Assembly: GCF_002105155.1 (NCBI RefSeq)
Contig: NW_019028999.1
Span: 620,001-681,236 of the forward strand
Source of the DNA: Lobosporangium transversale
Taxonomy: Eukaryota
Length of the DNA: 61,236 nucleotides
Direction of reading: 5' to 3'
Shown here piece by piece: positions 37,049 through 53,482 of the stretch (within the stretch, counting starts at the first letter, position 1; every line of letters begins with the position of its first letter). The notes under the pieces are model-generated. The model saw only the letters and a program-made list of their open reading frames with translations. It did no database searches and was not told the origin of the DNA. Position numbers and translations under genes: made by a program.

Positions 37049-39719
37049 ATGTCCTCTTACAACCCTACGAGCTATATTAATAATACACCAGCTGACAGTA
37101 CTGAACACTGGCATCAAAAGCTGTCTCCTTCACACTCTCATTACTCATATCCCCATCCAACTCAGCAACAGCCTCAGCAACATTTGCACCATCACCCCAA
37201 CTCACAACGAAGTATGTTGGAGATATCGCATAGTAAAAAGCTAGTGGCCAGGATTGAAGGGGAGGAAGAGGATTTGGAAGTTATTGGAAGTGGCATTGCT
37301 GGGTCTTATGAGCCCCTCCCGTCGAAAGCAAGGCTTCCTACAAAGCTTCCTAAGCTCAGATATGACTACCCTCAGGCCTCTGTCCAAAACTTCAGTCCGG
37401 GAACCAGCCTGATATTCAACGCCTATCGTGGGCACTCTGCACTCTTGACGCACCCTAATATGTCGAGTCCAGAGGATATTGACAATTATGCACATGGGAG
37501 GATGATTCAACATGGAGCCCGAAACTATCTTTCGCAGGGTGCTCACTTGGAACACCCTCGACAGCGGGTGACTTATCCTTCCCATGAATCAGATAGTCAT
37601 CCATCCTATCCTCATTCTGGGCCAGATGAACAGTCTTCACCTTACCGCCCGCCTCATGAGAGCCAACCACATTCTTATGCAGTCAATGGCGTCTCTAGAG
37701 CCTCAAGAGACTATCGAGACTATCGCGCCTCCAGAGATCCACGTGAAAACTGTGATCCACGAGACTATGAGCGATCGCCTGGGATGTCTTCAGCTGTGTC
37801 AATGCCAACGATGGATCAAAGCCGCGATGACCGAGGAAGACCTTCAGATTATCACGATCATCCTCATCCGCCACGCGACCATTATCCACCACAAGCACCA
37901 CAACAGGTGCCACCACCACCACCACCACCACCACCACCACCAACTCAACACTTTCCACCGGATGAAGCACATACTATACCGCCAACGCACCGTTCAATGT
38001 CTGGACCATCACATTGGAAGCGACCAGATAGTGATCATCATGGTCCTCGTCAACCCTATGAGAACAATAGCCCTCATCCTCCTCCTGGACCTTCAATACC
38101 ACAGTCAAGTTCCGCCAGAGAACCATGGGATCCCTCTACGGAGTCTAGATTACCTCGTTCAACTGCTGCAATAGACATTCCACAACCGCGGAATCGCAGC
38201 TCCACTAATTATCCAAACACATTCGATTCACACGATTCTATGGATTCGAACATGCGTGATCATTCGCGTCAACATCGTATGCCCGCAGGACATCAAGGAG
38301 GCCCCGATATCCCAGCTGAAGGGCCTGGCTTTCGTGGACCTTATAGTCAACGTTCGACGGGACCACGTTATGCATTATCGCGGATTAATTATCGGATGGT
38401 ATATTTAAGGATAACGATGTCTATGAAAGTGCATATTATTTAAAGGGATGTTCAATGGGCTAACCTGGACGATCTTTTTTTTTTTTTTTTTTTTCTTCAG
38501 ATATTTGAATATGCAAGTGAAATTCGGGAGTGTTTGATTAAAGGAAAAGCTGGATCAACAGATCGACTTCTTTACAATGCTGAAATTTTAAGCAAGGTTT
38601 TCATGGTAAATCAATGATGAGGATCTATTTCGTATTAACTGCAATCCTATAAATAGTATACCTTTTGTATTGAACACTTTTTTTTTTTTTTTTTTTTTTT
38701 TTCCTTTTTTATTTAGGGATGTCGTGTGGACATTGACCCGAATGCACCAACCGAGGATGAGGCGGTAAGGCACTTGAGGCATAATGAAGAGAAGAGTATA
38801 TAATGTTGATAGAGGATAATGGAGCTCAAAGAGAAGCGACGAGAGCATTGCATCGTTATTTCGTATCATGGTATATAACTCCCGTTATACTCATTCATCC
38901 TAATGATTCACTTTTGTCGAATGACAGACCGTTAGTCCACACCAATTACGTTGTACCTCATGTAATAGCGTCAAGACGCCAGAGTGGCGCAAAGGACCTT
39001 TGGGTAAGTATCCAAACAATAGACTGGCCCAATAGGATTTGTTTACAAAATTTTTTTTTACTCATTTTTTTCTTTTAAAAAAAAAAAAAAAAAAAATAGG
39101 ACCTAGAACGCTCTGCAACGCATGTGGCCTCAGTAAGTCAATCAAAGCTGCAACTAATCAATCCTCCATGTATCGCTTTATGTTCTTAACCATGAAACAT
39201 TTTTCTTCTTTTCTGTCTTCTTTAAAAATGATAGTTTGGGGCAAGATGTCAAGAAGCAAAGCAGCGCTGGCAAAAAACAAACTGGAGGCGGCTTCTAAAG
39301 CGGATTCATCTATCACTGATGCTGCTATTGGAGATACTCAAATGACAGATGCTACAGCGGGTTCCGATATCGGCAGTCTAGGATCCTCAACAATAGTAGA
39401 ATCATCTGCACCAAATGAGGGGACTCGCAAGCGAGGTCGTGATTTGGCTTCGTCTCAGGATGAAGATGAAGAAGAGTCGCTCGCAAGAGACGAGGATAGA
39501 AAGGTGATTGAAGAATCAACGCAGGAGGTGCAACAAATGCATCAGAAATTATCCGCACAAGAGCCACTTCATGATCCTCCACCGACGAATCATAATGTGG
39601 ACACTGCATCATATGGTCCCTGTGAACAGGAAATGCGATCTGCTGCAGAGAAGGAGAATCAAGAAAAGGATATACCTGCTGGTGGGCGCAAGCTAGCTCT
39701 TTCATACTTGCTAGCATAA
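37049..39719 (+). CDS. GATA zinc-finger transcription factor (CX2CX18CX2C)
   Basis: Exons 37049-38398, 38501-38605, 38717-38764, 38928-39003, 39100-39132, 39235-39719. CTSCNSVKTPEWRKGPLGPRTLCNACGLIW; long P/H/S-rich N-terminus. Confidence 0.92.
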
Positions 39720-40025
39720 AATATGCTTTAATATTATAATCTCGCCCTTATTCATGTGCCTGGTTTGCTTGATTTGTTTTCTTGAAGGTTAAATGTTTAA
39801 TGTTTATTATTTTCTAATAATTGCTTCCTTCATTAGTTTTTTTTTTTTTTTTTTTTTTTTTTTTCCCCTCTCCTATCCATTCTCTCTCCCTTGCATCTGT
39901 AGGACCCTTTCCTGTGTATTTTTTTTTTTTTTTCCACCTTTATGGGGGTTATGAGCATCCAGCAGGGAACTATTCACAATTTAACCTTTTTTTTTTTTGC
40001 TATCACATGTGAATGGTTTATTGTC

Positions 40026-41875
40026 TCAATGAGGATATGGTATCGTAGCGATGACGGATGACAAAATGTCTCTACTGTGATCCAGTACTACCAAGAGGGC
40101 CCGTGGGTTGTAAGGGAATAGATTTTTATCATTTAACTTTCGAATTTGATCAACCAGCTGTGAAAGACAGAGCTCCATGTTACACAATTGTGTTCTTGTT
40201 GGGCTGATTTGCTCATTATTATCATCATCATCTTCATATATGATCTTGCTTTCTTCTTCCAATATGATCTGGTGGTGCCAACGTGCGATTAGAGTTTTTT
40301 GATCTGATTCATGCTCTGTAAAGGTCCGTAAGACCATCATCATTGCACTAAGCATCCCTCCTGTCCTTTGGTCATCCAGTGTTAAAAGTAAATCAAGTAA
40401 AGTCTGGTGGTCATATCCGATCGTTTCCAGAAACAGGAATAGTGCCTCTAGTGGATGAACATGGCGATGAAGATGGATGTATAGTTCCTTGACCGATAAC
40501 AGCAATGATGGCGATGGGATGACAGAAGAAGAAAAATAATAATGGTCATCATGTGAGCATATCTGATCAAGTTTCTGATGGATCTGAGCTATGGTCAGCA
40601 GTAACCATGAGATACCGGCATCATCTTCGGCATAGATCCTCAAGAGGATTTTCAAGGTCTTTGGCCCAACCCAGGATTGAAGAAACGTAGAAAGGGACGG
40701 TAGCTGGGATGCTATCTGGTCCAACATGACTGTTTCCTTTGTAAGATCAGTAGCCTGTTGACTATGGGCTTTTGGATTCGTTAGAGAGCTGAGGATAGAG
40801 AGCACAGCAGTCAAAAACACGCGGCCTAGCTGACGGATCGCCTCTGGATTTGACACAAGGGGCTGCAGAGCTTTGTGGATCTGGGTGTAGGCAGGGTTGT
40901 TGGAGAAAATAAAAACAGTAGCCTCGGTTGAAAAGTAATCGAGTTCAGGGTCATGCTCACTCAAGGCAGTCATGATTTTAAGCAATAAAGGAGCCAGTCC
41001 CTTGAGAACGTAAACCGATAATTCCAGAGCGTTAGACAAATTGTGGGAAGAATCCGGGCTTGGTCCAGCAGTAGCTGGTGGAGCATCCTTTACCAATAAT
41101 CCCAAGAGCTCAAACAGTTTTCGGAGTGATGATGGCTTGAATAAAGAGACGTCTATGAGCTTGAAGATGTAAATAAATAAATAAATAAATAAATATCTAT
41201 AATAGTTGCTTACAGCGATTTATATCGTTACCTGATCTGTACAGCGGCTTATATTTTCATGGCAAAGAACAACATATCGATACCATGATTCTTTGATGCT
41301 GTGTATGGTGCGATATTTTTCAAGATCAATCAACAGTCTCAACATCGCGTACTGTGTCTCTTCCGAACGAAGGATTTGTGGCAACACAAGATCCCAGAAC
41401 GGTGAGAGCAGAGTCAATTCCCTTAAAGTAATCAATGCAGCATGGTTGTGAATCTCCTTCTCTTGACTGGAATGGTCACTTGAACCGGTTTTCAGGTGGC
41501 GGATCAAATGTCGATGATGCTTGAACAGCAGGTGGAACAATTCAAGAACGTTCCGCTGCTGCTGTCGTTGCTGTTGTAGTAGTAGTAGTAGTTGTTGTTG
41601 TTGTTCATACGAAATAGAGGGAAAAGTATGGCTATCGACAAATCTTTGGGAAAGCTTACGAATAAGCTGATGCTGCAGTTGATTCACACAAAGTTGATCA
41701 AACTCCATCGGTAGATTCGAGAGCAAGAGCAATGTCTTGATTATTCTATATACAACAAACTGAATGTATAGATCAGAGATATTCGAAAGGTAGATCTATT
41801 CACATTTTTTTTTTTTTTTTTTTTTTTTTTATTGTTTGATACCTTTAAATAATTAGTGAAGATGGTCTCGGCAAA

Positions 41876-41931
<56 letters not shown>

Positions 41932-42238
41932 CAACTTACAATAATGTCCGTGTCATGTAGCAAAGCAAGCTGCAGGTCAATATTGGAAAGCCATTGTGTA
42001 TCAGAGAGTGCAGCCAACAATTCGGCTGAATTATCCTCTTTTAGAACCAACTAAAAGGTCAGAAACGTAAAAAAAAAAAAAAAAAAAAAGCGCCGATATT
42101 AAGCTTCGTGCACTTTGCAAACATTTTTTTTATTTTTTATTTTTTAATTTTTTAATTTTTATTTTCCGTCCATTCCGGGCAAATGCACGCACTTCTCACC
42201 AGACGAATATGATCAAGAAGTTGTAATGTTTTTGGCAT
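40026..42238 (-). CDS. Lines (LINS1)-like protein with Lines C-terminal domain (5' exons uncertain)
   Basis: Exons about 42238-42200, 42050-41940, 41759-41232, 41159-40026. Leu-rich helical protein; C-terminal FLETIGYDHQTLLDLL...L..KNLFPYNPRALL resembles Lines_C. Confidence 0.72.
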
Positions 42239-42553
42239 GGCAAGATTGTTGCATGACAAGATTGTTGCATGACATTATTTTTTATTCGGTCTCTTGGTCT
42301 CTTGGGTTTTGGAGGAAAAAGTCACACATTTTATTTTACACATGTTGTTTTATATTATTTTAATGACATGATGATTATTTATGCTTTCTCATATAGATGT
42401 ATATTTGCAAACAGTATGCAGATATGCAGATAAAATATAAGTATATAATTGTTTACATGTCTGTTCAAATATAGAAGAAATATAAAACTTCTTTGTAGAC
42501 TGGCAAAAGATCGACAGATTTGCCAGGCATGCATTTCGTTGACAAAATGGAGG

Positions 42554-42585
<32 letters not shown>

Positions 42586-42917
42586 ACCAGGAGTCCAGCT
42601 CACTTTGTTCATGTGGCTTTAGCTCCAAAAGATGAATTAAAAAAATAAAATAAATAAAATAAAATAAACGAACTTGAAGAACTTGAAGAGCCATTTTGTT
42701 GTTCATTGCAAAAAAAAAAAAAAAAAAAAAACACATTGCTAAACCAGGAATCAACAAGAATTACAAACGAGACAGGATATCAGGAAGAAGACCTTTTTTT
42801 TTTTTTTTTTTTTTTTTCTTTTGGAACCTTCACTTTCGACATATTCTTTTGCGTTTACTTTTGTTTTCTATATTCAACATTCTCCATATTCAGCAGATAC
42901 CTTGGTCAGATTAAACT

Positions 42918-43131
42918 ATGGCGGATTGTATAGAGCAAAAGCGAACAGAGTCTGCAATGGAAAATGACTGTACATCATTATCTAAGACAGGGAGTCCAAA
43001 TGAAGAAATGTCGGCAAGGTCCATCGAAACTGCACCAGTCATTGCTGCTGTAAAAAAAGAAGAAACTTCTAAAGAAGCAGAAAAGGAAGTTACTGACTCT
43101 GAAGAAGATGATGAGGCAACAGCAGCAGCAG

Positions 43132-43162
<31 letters not shown>

Positions 43163-43646
43163 AGTAAGGCCGACTCCACCGACAGAGAAACCTGAATGGG
43201 CCACAGGCGATCCATTTTTTGATACGATGGCAGGGATGGCATCACCGGAATACCGAAGGTACTATGGTGAGGGATCATATCAGGATCAAATCTTGGCAAC
43301 GGTGGCGACTTGTTCAGAGATATCATCCAATCATAACCCTGGCAATGACGATCTCACGACACCATCCACAACAGAAGCGATGATAGTGCCAAGTACTCCG
43401 ATGACGGAATCTTCATCATCGACTTTATCAAAACCATCCTATTCAAATACGGGTCTAGAGCATTGGAACAAGACGCGCGAACAATGGACGAAGGGACGTT
43501 GGCATATAGTGCCGAGCGCGAACAGCGACAACCCAGCACTAAGTGCCATCAACCCCAAGAATCACGACGCAATCTATGACAGTCTAGTTTATGATCGTAA
43601 ACGGCTATCGAAACCTATTCCATTACCATTGGTCGTATGTATACAA

Positions 43647-43692
<46 letters not shown>

Positions 43693-43917
43693 CCACTCTT
43701 AACACGAGTTTTTTTTTTTTTTTTTTCTATTGCTATTATTTAGATTAAAGTGTTGGTTAGTGGCTGGAAACGGGATGGACTATGGTCAGAGAACCCAGTA
43801 CAGCACCCAGGTCCAGGATCAGGGTCTGCATCAGCACCTACAGCCACTGCAGGATTGAACGCCTACATCCCTGGATTCTCCTCAACAAACTCACCATCAG
43901 TTTTGAAGAAGGCGTAG
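42918..43917 (+). CDS. DUF4050 / Gag1-like clamp domain protein
   Basis: Exons 42918-43634, 43744-43917. GLEHWNKTREQW...IYDSLV..RLSKPIPL..V|IKVLVSGWKRDGLW. Confidence 0.8.
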
Positions 43918-44640
43918 AGAGTGTGGTTCATGAACTTTAAGATATCAGTATCAGTGTTTTATTTTCTTTCCACGCGACGTGAATATTGCTTGACTTTTTT
44001 TATATATACTATATATCTTTATATTTCCTACGATATTATTATATCATGAAGCAAAATGACAATAAGGGTTAAAAAAAAGTTTTTTTTAAAAAAAAAAAGA
44101 CAAACACAATATACATACATGCCTTGCTGATTATTGATAATAGGTAACAGGAGCGCATTCTAGCCCTTGTAAAAAAAAAAAAAAAAAAAAAAAAGTCCTC
44201 TTCAATAATAAATAAATAAACACCATAAGCTCTTGCTTTGTAACCAATCCCAAGGTTTAATAGTCAAAAGAGAGTGAGAAAGGAACGTTTTTTTTTTCAT
44301 TTCAATTTTATCCTTGTTATTTCTATTTAAGAAAAGAAAAAGGGAATCTTGGACAAACACCTGTATTTATATACATTATGATTCGTATTTTCGCGCGCAA
44401 CGGCAATTAGCTAACACCCGTTAATTTTCAGGAGGATTGAAAAAAGGTTCCGACAGATGTTTCTAGCCCATGTAACTAATGTTACTCTCAACAGAGCAGG
44501 CTTTTAAACCCATCCATGATTGGTGTTATTAAGTATTGAGTTCTTGATACAGTCAACAGACTACGAAGGACTCAATAATTATCCTGTCCGGCACTGAAAC
44601 ATCTACTTTTTACCTTCATATTAAACGAGCGCTTCTTTTG

Positions 44641-44678
<38 letters not shown>

Positions 44679-47600
44679 GATATCTCTCAGTGTGGAGTGG
44701 ATGAAGAGAAAGAGAGAGATAAATGAGAAAAAGTCATTAAGAGAACTATGCGCATAAATTTGGGCAGGTCAAGTTTAGCATCCGAGAATCAGGGGCGCAT
44801 GCATGAAGGTATTGCAACGCATGGATGCACGAGCGCGGTTTACGCTCAGATGCTGTACCAATCGTGGACTAATTTGGTCGTCTCCACTTTCCTCCACAAT
44901 ATCGACGACTGAATGAAAAAAAAAAAAAAAGGTAAGAGAGCGATGCATAGCCCAATGTGCCCTTACAGATATATACATGTGTCATGTCCAAATGCCTTCT
45001 GTTCCATGTCCTTTATATATCCACGCCCAATAATAATCGTCAGAAGGGAGAAGGAGAAGACGAATAGCAATATTAACAATAATAACAATATTAATATATA
45101 AAAACCACCTCGTCTATTTTGAACAGGTTGTGAAATGCCTTTTCACACTCCTTTTAATATCCTTGGATGGGAAGTTATCGCATACAGTACATACAAATGT
45201 AAATAAACATGAATGTAATTCACAAGAGTTTCCCACACTTCAGACGACGCGTCCAAAAAAAAAAAAAAAAAAAAAAAGGGGAGGAAAGCCAAATGAATGT
45301 ATGCCAAAAATCAAAATCACAGCAGTGGGCTCAATAGTACTCATGGTATTCACGTACATGAATGTTTTTAGTGGCAGACTCCCAAATCAGGTTTTATGGC
45401 TTTGAGACCCCAAAAAGACTGAACAACGGTCTCGTGTCATTGGATACAGAAGATGCTCCAGTGTCAGTGTGGACATTTATGTATTTATAATAATCAACAA
45501 TGTGGTAGTTTTTTTTTTTTTTTTTTTTTTTTGTTCTTTTCTCCAAAAGTTGAAGGAATAAGAATGTTCATTAAAATTGCTCCATTCCCTGTATGACCCA
45601 ACCTTATAAGCTTTTTCTGACGGTTAGTTTTGACGGTGTACAGATGTATAAATGTACACTTGGAAAGTATTAAGTGTTTACAAGAGCAAAAGTATATATT
45701 TATACAATACATGTAGTCCTAATGTCCCACGTTTTCTGTGTAAAAAAGCAAAGTAAAGGGTTTTTTTTTAATCTTTTTATTTGAGATATTTTATTTTCCG
45801 TGGGTTTGGAAAATCGGCAAGCGGAGCAAATCCGAAAGAGTATTTATTGTGTTTTAGACTTGGGAAAATTCCTTTTTTTTTTTTTTTTTTTTTTGCCGAT
45901 CTCCATTCGTTTTCCTTTCTTTTCCTACCGAATAATACTTTTTATTGAAGAGAAATAGTCCTACAATCCTACAATAAATATGTTGTTCAGGAGCATTAAT
46001 GTAAACATTTGTATTTACAAAGCTGACAATTTCTTCTTTTTTTTTTTTTTTTTCCTTGATGATTTTTGTTAAAAGTTACCGGGAATGAAAGATGAAGCTA
46101 AAGGATAAACAGATCTCCTCTTCCCTCCAATTGCTGTACGGCTTTTTTTTCATACCCTAAAAAAAGGTATATACCCAGTAGCCTTTCCCCCTTTATTTTA
46201 TTTTATTTTTTTTATTTTATTTTATTTTATTTTATTTTTTTTTTTTTTGATCAACTCGAACACATGCATAAATCTTTATCCCCAAAAAGATTCAAAAGGG
46301 CTTGCTCAGTCGTTAGACAACCAACCAGAAAAAAAAAAAAAAAAAAAAAAAAAAACAAACGTCATCCTGTACCGTATATATATATAATAATTTTATTTAT
46401 GGATATAGTTTAGCTTATTACTATGTATTTTTTTATTATTATTATTATTATATATTTTCGATTCAGTTGTTCAAATGAATTAGTAATCCTAGGTTTTACC
46501 CAAAATCAAAATCAAAAGCAAAAAAAAAAAAAAAAAAAAAAAAGAAATAAGGACCGATCTCGGCTTCAGATTGAGGTAACAATCAAAGTGAGATTGGATA
46601 GCGTGGGAGAAAGGAGACAAAAAAAAAAAAAAATAAAAATAAAGTAAAGGGTGGGCGTAGCATTTTTTTTTTTATTTTTTTTATTTTATTTTATTTTTAT
46701 TTGTATTTTTTATAGAGGATCTGAAGACAGTGCACCGCATGTACCGCCAATGGTACGGAGAGAGTATGACCACAGTAAAGAAAACAATTAGGCAATCACC
46801 AAGATCATGAGGTATCCCACCCTGAACTATGACGGAGGTTCAGGAACAAAAGCTTTCTTTGAACCAATTCATACAGTCAGTATATTGATCTCTCCTTCAA
46901 CCTTGTCCTTTCCAGTCTCTTTTTTTTTTACGATTGTAGAACAGTGTAACGCGAGTGTCTTTGTGTATGAGATTGGGATATGCATCAAGTTGAACAATGC
47001 AACCTTCACAGCTATGGAAAAAGTAAGAAAAAAAGAAAAAAAAAGAAAGAAAGAAAAAGTTCCCGGTCCAAACTGTTGAAGTTGTTTGGAAAAGTAGCCA
47101 GTCCGAGGAGACAGAGAGACATTCGGATCGAGAGGATAAGATGTTGGCAGGTCGACAGGGCAGGGGGACAATAAATGAAGATGCACACAAACATGCATAC
47201 ACACACATACACATTTGTAGGCCTGCATGCCCAAAATGGCCTTCAATTGTTTGCAACTGCATGCTTTTTTTTTTTTACTTTTCCTGCAAGTGAATAGACA
47301 ATAAAGGGTTTTTTTTTTTTTTTTTTTAAATGAATTAAAACTGCCCGATCATATTTCCTCCGCCCACAGTTTTTTTTTTTAAAAGCTTTTTTTTGGACAG
47401 TAAATTTTTCTTTCTTTCTTTCTTTCTTTCTTTCTTTCGATTCCATATCCTCTGTTCCCTTTCTTCTTCTTGCTCAAACTCTTGTACCTCATTCGCCTTT
47501 TTTCTTTTTCTTTTTTCTTTTTTGTTTGAGACTCATATTTAAAGCATCTCTTGTCGACCCACATCTACACATTCACAATAAACATCTCCTTTCCTTCAAT

Positions 47601-48682
47601 CTCTATCAACTCCAAACGCCTTTCTTTCTTCTAAACATATCTGCTCTCATAATTTTTTTTTTCTTTCTTTTTTTCATCCTTGCCACATCTCATCCATTAA
47701 GACCAACTCGATTCCCCCAACTTACCTACCTTACCAAATTGCACATAATATCACCCATTCATATTCTCTTGACAACTTTTCTTGTCTCTTTTTAACATAT
47801 AGAGTAAGTACCTGATCTCTCCCACACTTTCACACAGCACTTTGTGTTTTACCTATTGTCGATTCTTTCGTACATAGTCCTTTGTATGTCACACAACACA
47901 TATCCCCTTCGATCTTGCTCTTTTTCTTTTTCTTTTTCTTTTTCTTTTTATTTTCCCCCAATCTTTTTAATATGAACAAATGAAAAGATGTGGATCTGAA
48001 AAGGCCAAAGGCAGGGTTGACTATGTCATATTGTTTCTAACGGACAATGCTGATGTCGCGTTTAATACTTATTCATATGAGCATCAGGTACATTCTGAGC
48101 TCCCTATCCAAGTTACTCTTTTATTTTTTATTTTATTTTATTTTATTTTATTTTATTTTTTTTTTTTTTTATAGAGAGCAAAAAAAGATTGATGTAACTG
48201 AACATTAAAAAAAAAAGAGAGAGAGAAGAGAAGGTTCAATAGGTTGGAATATGAATGGTATTCTGGCATGTGGCTCTATTGATCTGCATAAAAGCATCAT
48301 CGAGCTCGTCACAACCTAGAGCCGGATTTAGCATTGAGAGCACTGGAAGGGCAGAAGGAAGGGAATACAGCGGACCTAATGAAAGCTCTACTCTTTTTTT
48401 AATACCACGGTTGCTTTTACCAAACCAGTGGAACCTGTCAAACGATTAAAAAACATGTTATTTTCCCCACTTTGTCAGATTGTTTCAGACGCATACCAGC
48501 TCGAGTTTTTTTTTTTTTTTTTTTTTCCCTCCTTCTCTTCTGTTATTATTATATATACACATAAAGGCTTTAAAAAAAATACTCCTTGACATTAGGCGTA
48601 GCTGTTTTTGAAGACCATCCTTTATCCTAATCAGTAGTTCATGTCCGCTGACGTACTTTGTTTACTTTCTTTCTAGGGTTTC

Positions 48683-48713
<31 letters not shown>

Positions 48714-48731
48714 TCGCCATCCCACATAGTC

Positions 48732-49475
48732 ATGCCATTGACACCCCCACCACCGGCTGTTCTGAGCAATCGTGATGATCCTACCCCGTTCAGCCCCTCT
48801 ATCCCTCCCACGATCACCTACACCCTCACAGCAGGAGGTTTGCTCTCTCCGAGGATCAAGTGCGTATCCGAGACCAAGAAGGAATCATATACGTTCCAAT
48901 CAAAGTCTGACGGGTCAAGTCGGAGCATAACTATCAAGGATCATAAAAACAATCAGGTCTGCAAGATCAAGAACAAGGGTGAGCATCTTCTCGACCTGTA
49001 TCTGACCACGGAATCCAAGGATGTCAATGTCCAGTTCCGGGACATGATCGCGTTCAAGAAGGCTGTCGAGAAGAATTCGCTTCAGTACAAAAAGATAACA
49101 GCGCCCTATCAACCGGAATACGACTTTGAGAGGCCCGATCGATACGTCTCAGAATACTCTGGACCTGGTTCTGTCTGCTGGGCATTTGAATTTGAGGGTC
49201 GCATCTATCAATGGACCACAGGCAATAGTCAGGGCATCATGGCACCCCCAGGATCAGATATTCTATTGTGTCATACAACCAGTCTTGGACCTGCCACCAG
49301 AGTTGCAAAGCTACAGAGCAGCCATGTAGGAGCCTCTGACAAGCTGATAATCCATACCGCTTCGATCGCCAATGTCGCTGATAAAACAGGACTGCATATC
49401 CTTTTGTTGTCAAGCGTTCTGAGTCTGATGGAGATTACTAATGAGAGGAGTCGAGAACTGTTGGATTTTGATTAG
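48732..49475 (+). CDS. Hypothetical protein (possibly tubby-C/DUF6593-like beta fold)
   Basis: 247-aa GC-richer ORF within AT-rich flanks; WAFEFEGRIYQW and terminal LHILLLSSVLSL helix; probable 5'-UTR intron (gtaagt about 47804 to ctag about 48676). Confidence 0.75.
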   Translation: MPLTPPPPAVLSNRDDPTPFSPSIPPTITYTLTAGGLLSPRIKCVSETKKESYTFQSKSDGSSRSITIKDHKNNQVCKIKNKGEHLLDLYLTTESKDVNVQFRDMIAFKKAVEKNSLQYKKITAPYQPEYDFERPDRYVSEYSGPGSVCWAFEFEGRIYQWTTGNSQGIMAPPGSDILLCHTTSLGPATRVAKLQSSHVGASDKLIIHTASIANVADKTGLHILLLSSVLSLMEITNERSRELLDFD

Positions 49476-50769
49476 AAAAAGAACAGTTGCAATATTGCTT
49501 GATAATTTTTTTTTTTTTTTTTTTTTTACACTTCATTTCTGTAATCGCTTTTTGCTCTGTTTTGTAAAATATTACCTTCTTTCTTTTCTTTTTTTTTTTT
49601 TTTTTTTTTTTTTTCCTACTTCGTATAACACGCATAGACCAGGCTAAGCTAGCTTTTTTTTCCTTTTTCTTTTTTTTTTCTTTTTTTTTATTATCTCCAA
49701 AGAAAAAACAAAACAAACAAAACAAAGATTCACACATTCCTTGTAATTGTAGCCGATGACAACTTGACATGCTATTTATCAGAAAAAAAGACAATGTGAT
49801 TTGTATAATAAAAAAAAATATATCATGAATGTGGATTGAAGAAAGAAACTGGAGCGGATCAGGGTTTAAAATGGCACTGTCCAAATGTCCTGTAGATCAA
49901 CGATCTCTATGCTTTACTATGCTATGCTATGCTATGCTATACCATGCGATGCCATGTGTAATGGCCACCAAGGGCAGATCAGGATAGAAAGATGAAAAGA
50001 GTAAAAATGTGTGTGGAACTGGGCTGGTTTCAAGGTGAAAGAGAATCGCAAATGCTACACCGTCCTGGGTCCTCCCCCTCCCCCTTTCCCTCTGGTCTGC
50101 ATTTTCACTATTTTGGCTCAAAAGCAAAAAGTATGTGATGCAGGTGGAGGATAGGCACAACAGAAAACGTACTTTTTTATTTTATTTCCTCTTCTCTCTT
50201 TCAAAAAACCTTTTTTCCTCCTCTCAACCTTCCCGCCTTCTCCCTCTCCCTCTCTCTAATCCAGGCAGCAATCCCCTACTCTTCCGTCTACATTCCCCGT
50301 CACCTCAGTACCTTTACTTGTAGTCTCGATATAGCCTTATTAAAAAAAAAGGAAGAAAAAGAAGAAAAGAAGAAGAAAAAAAAAAGAAAAAGAAAAAGAA
50401 AAAGAAAAAGAAAAAGAGTACGTGTTGAGTTGAATGCTTTTGATGTGCTCACCATCCATAATTGTCACGTTCCTGTCAAGTGAGATGATGAACATGCCTT
50501 TTGTCTCTAGTCAACGCGACTCGGAACTCCAACTGAATTTAGAAGCAAAAAAAAAAAAAAAAAAAAAAAGAATGCATCACAGATGTCGCGATTTTTTTTT
50601 TTTTTTTTTTTTTGGTCATTTTCATTCGAAAGGAGGAAGAAATCCCTTCGTTTATAAAAAGGATCTAACATCAACAACATCAAATACAGGAATTAATATA
50701 TTGAACGGCTTTTTTTTTTTTGACATGCTTTTTCTTTTTAAAATCTCATCAACTTCATCAACTTCATAG

Positions 50770-53150
<2,381 letters not shown>

Positions 53151-53448
53151 GCTGCAAGTCTTTTTTTGTCTGAATTAAAGGATACCTAATCCTCAACTTC
53201 CTATCTAGGCTTCAAAAGACCATGTAATTCAAATAGTTATGCAAGAGGGGGGGAAGGAAGAGTAAACAGAATAAAGCACACCAATTTTTTGCGCGCAAGT
53301 AAACAGAAAAAAAGAGAGTAATGCAATGAAGCAGAAAGATCAACGAGCAGGAGTATGTTACTGCCACGTTTTTTATAGAACCATGTCCGGGTTCGGTTCA
53401 GTGAAACAAAAGACTAGAGAGAAAGTCATTACATTGAAGGTTCAAATG

Positions 53449-53482
<34 letters not shown>

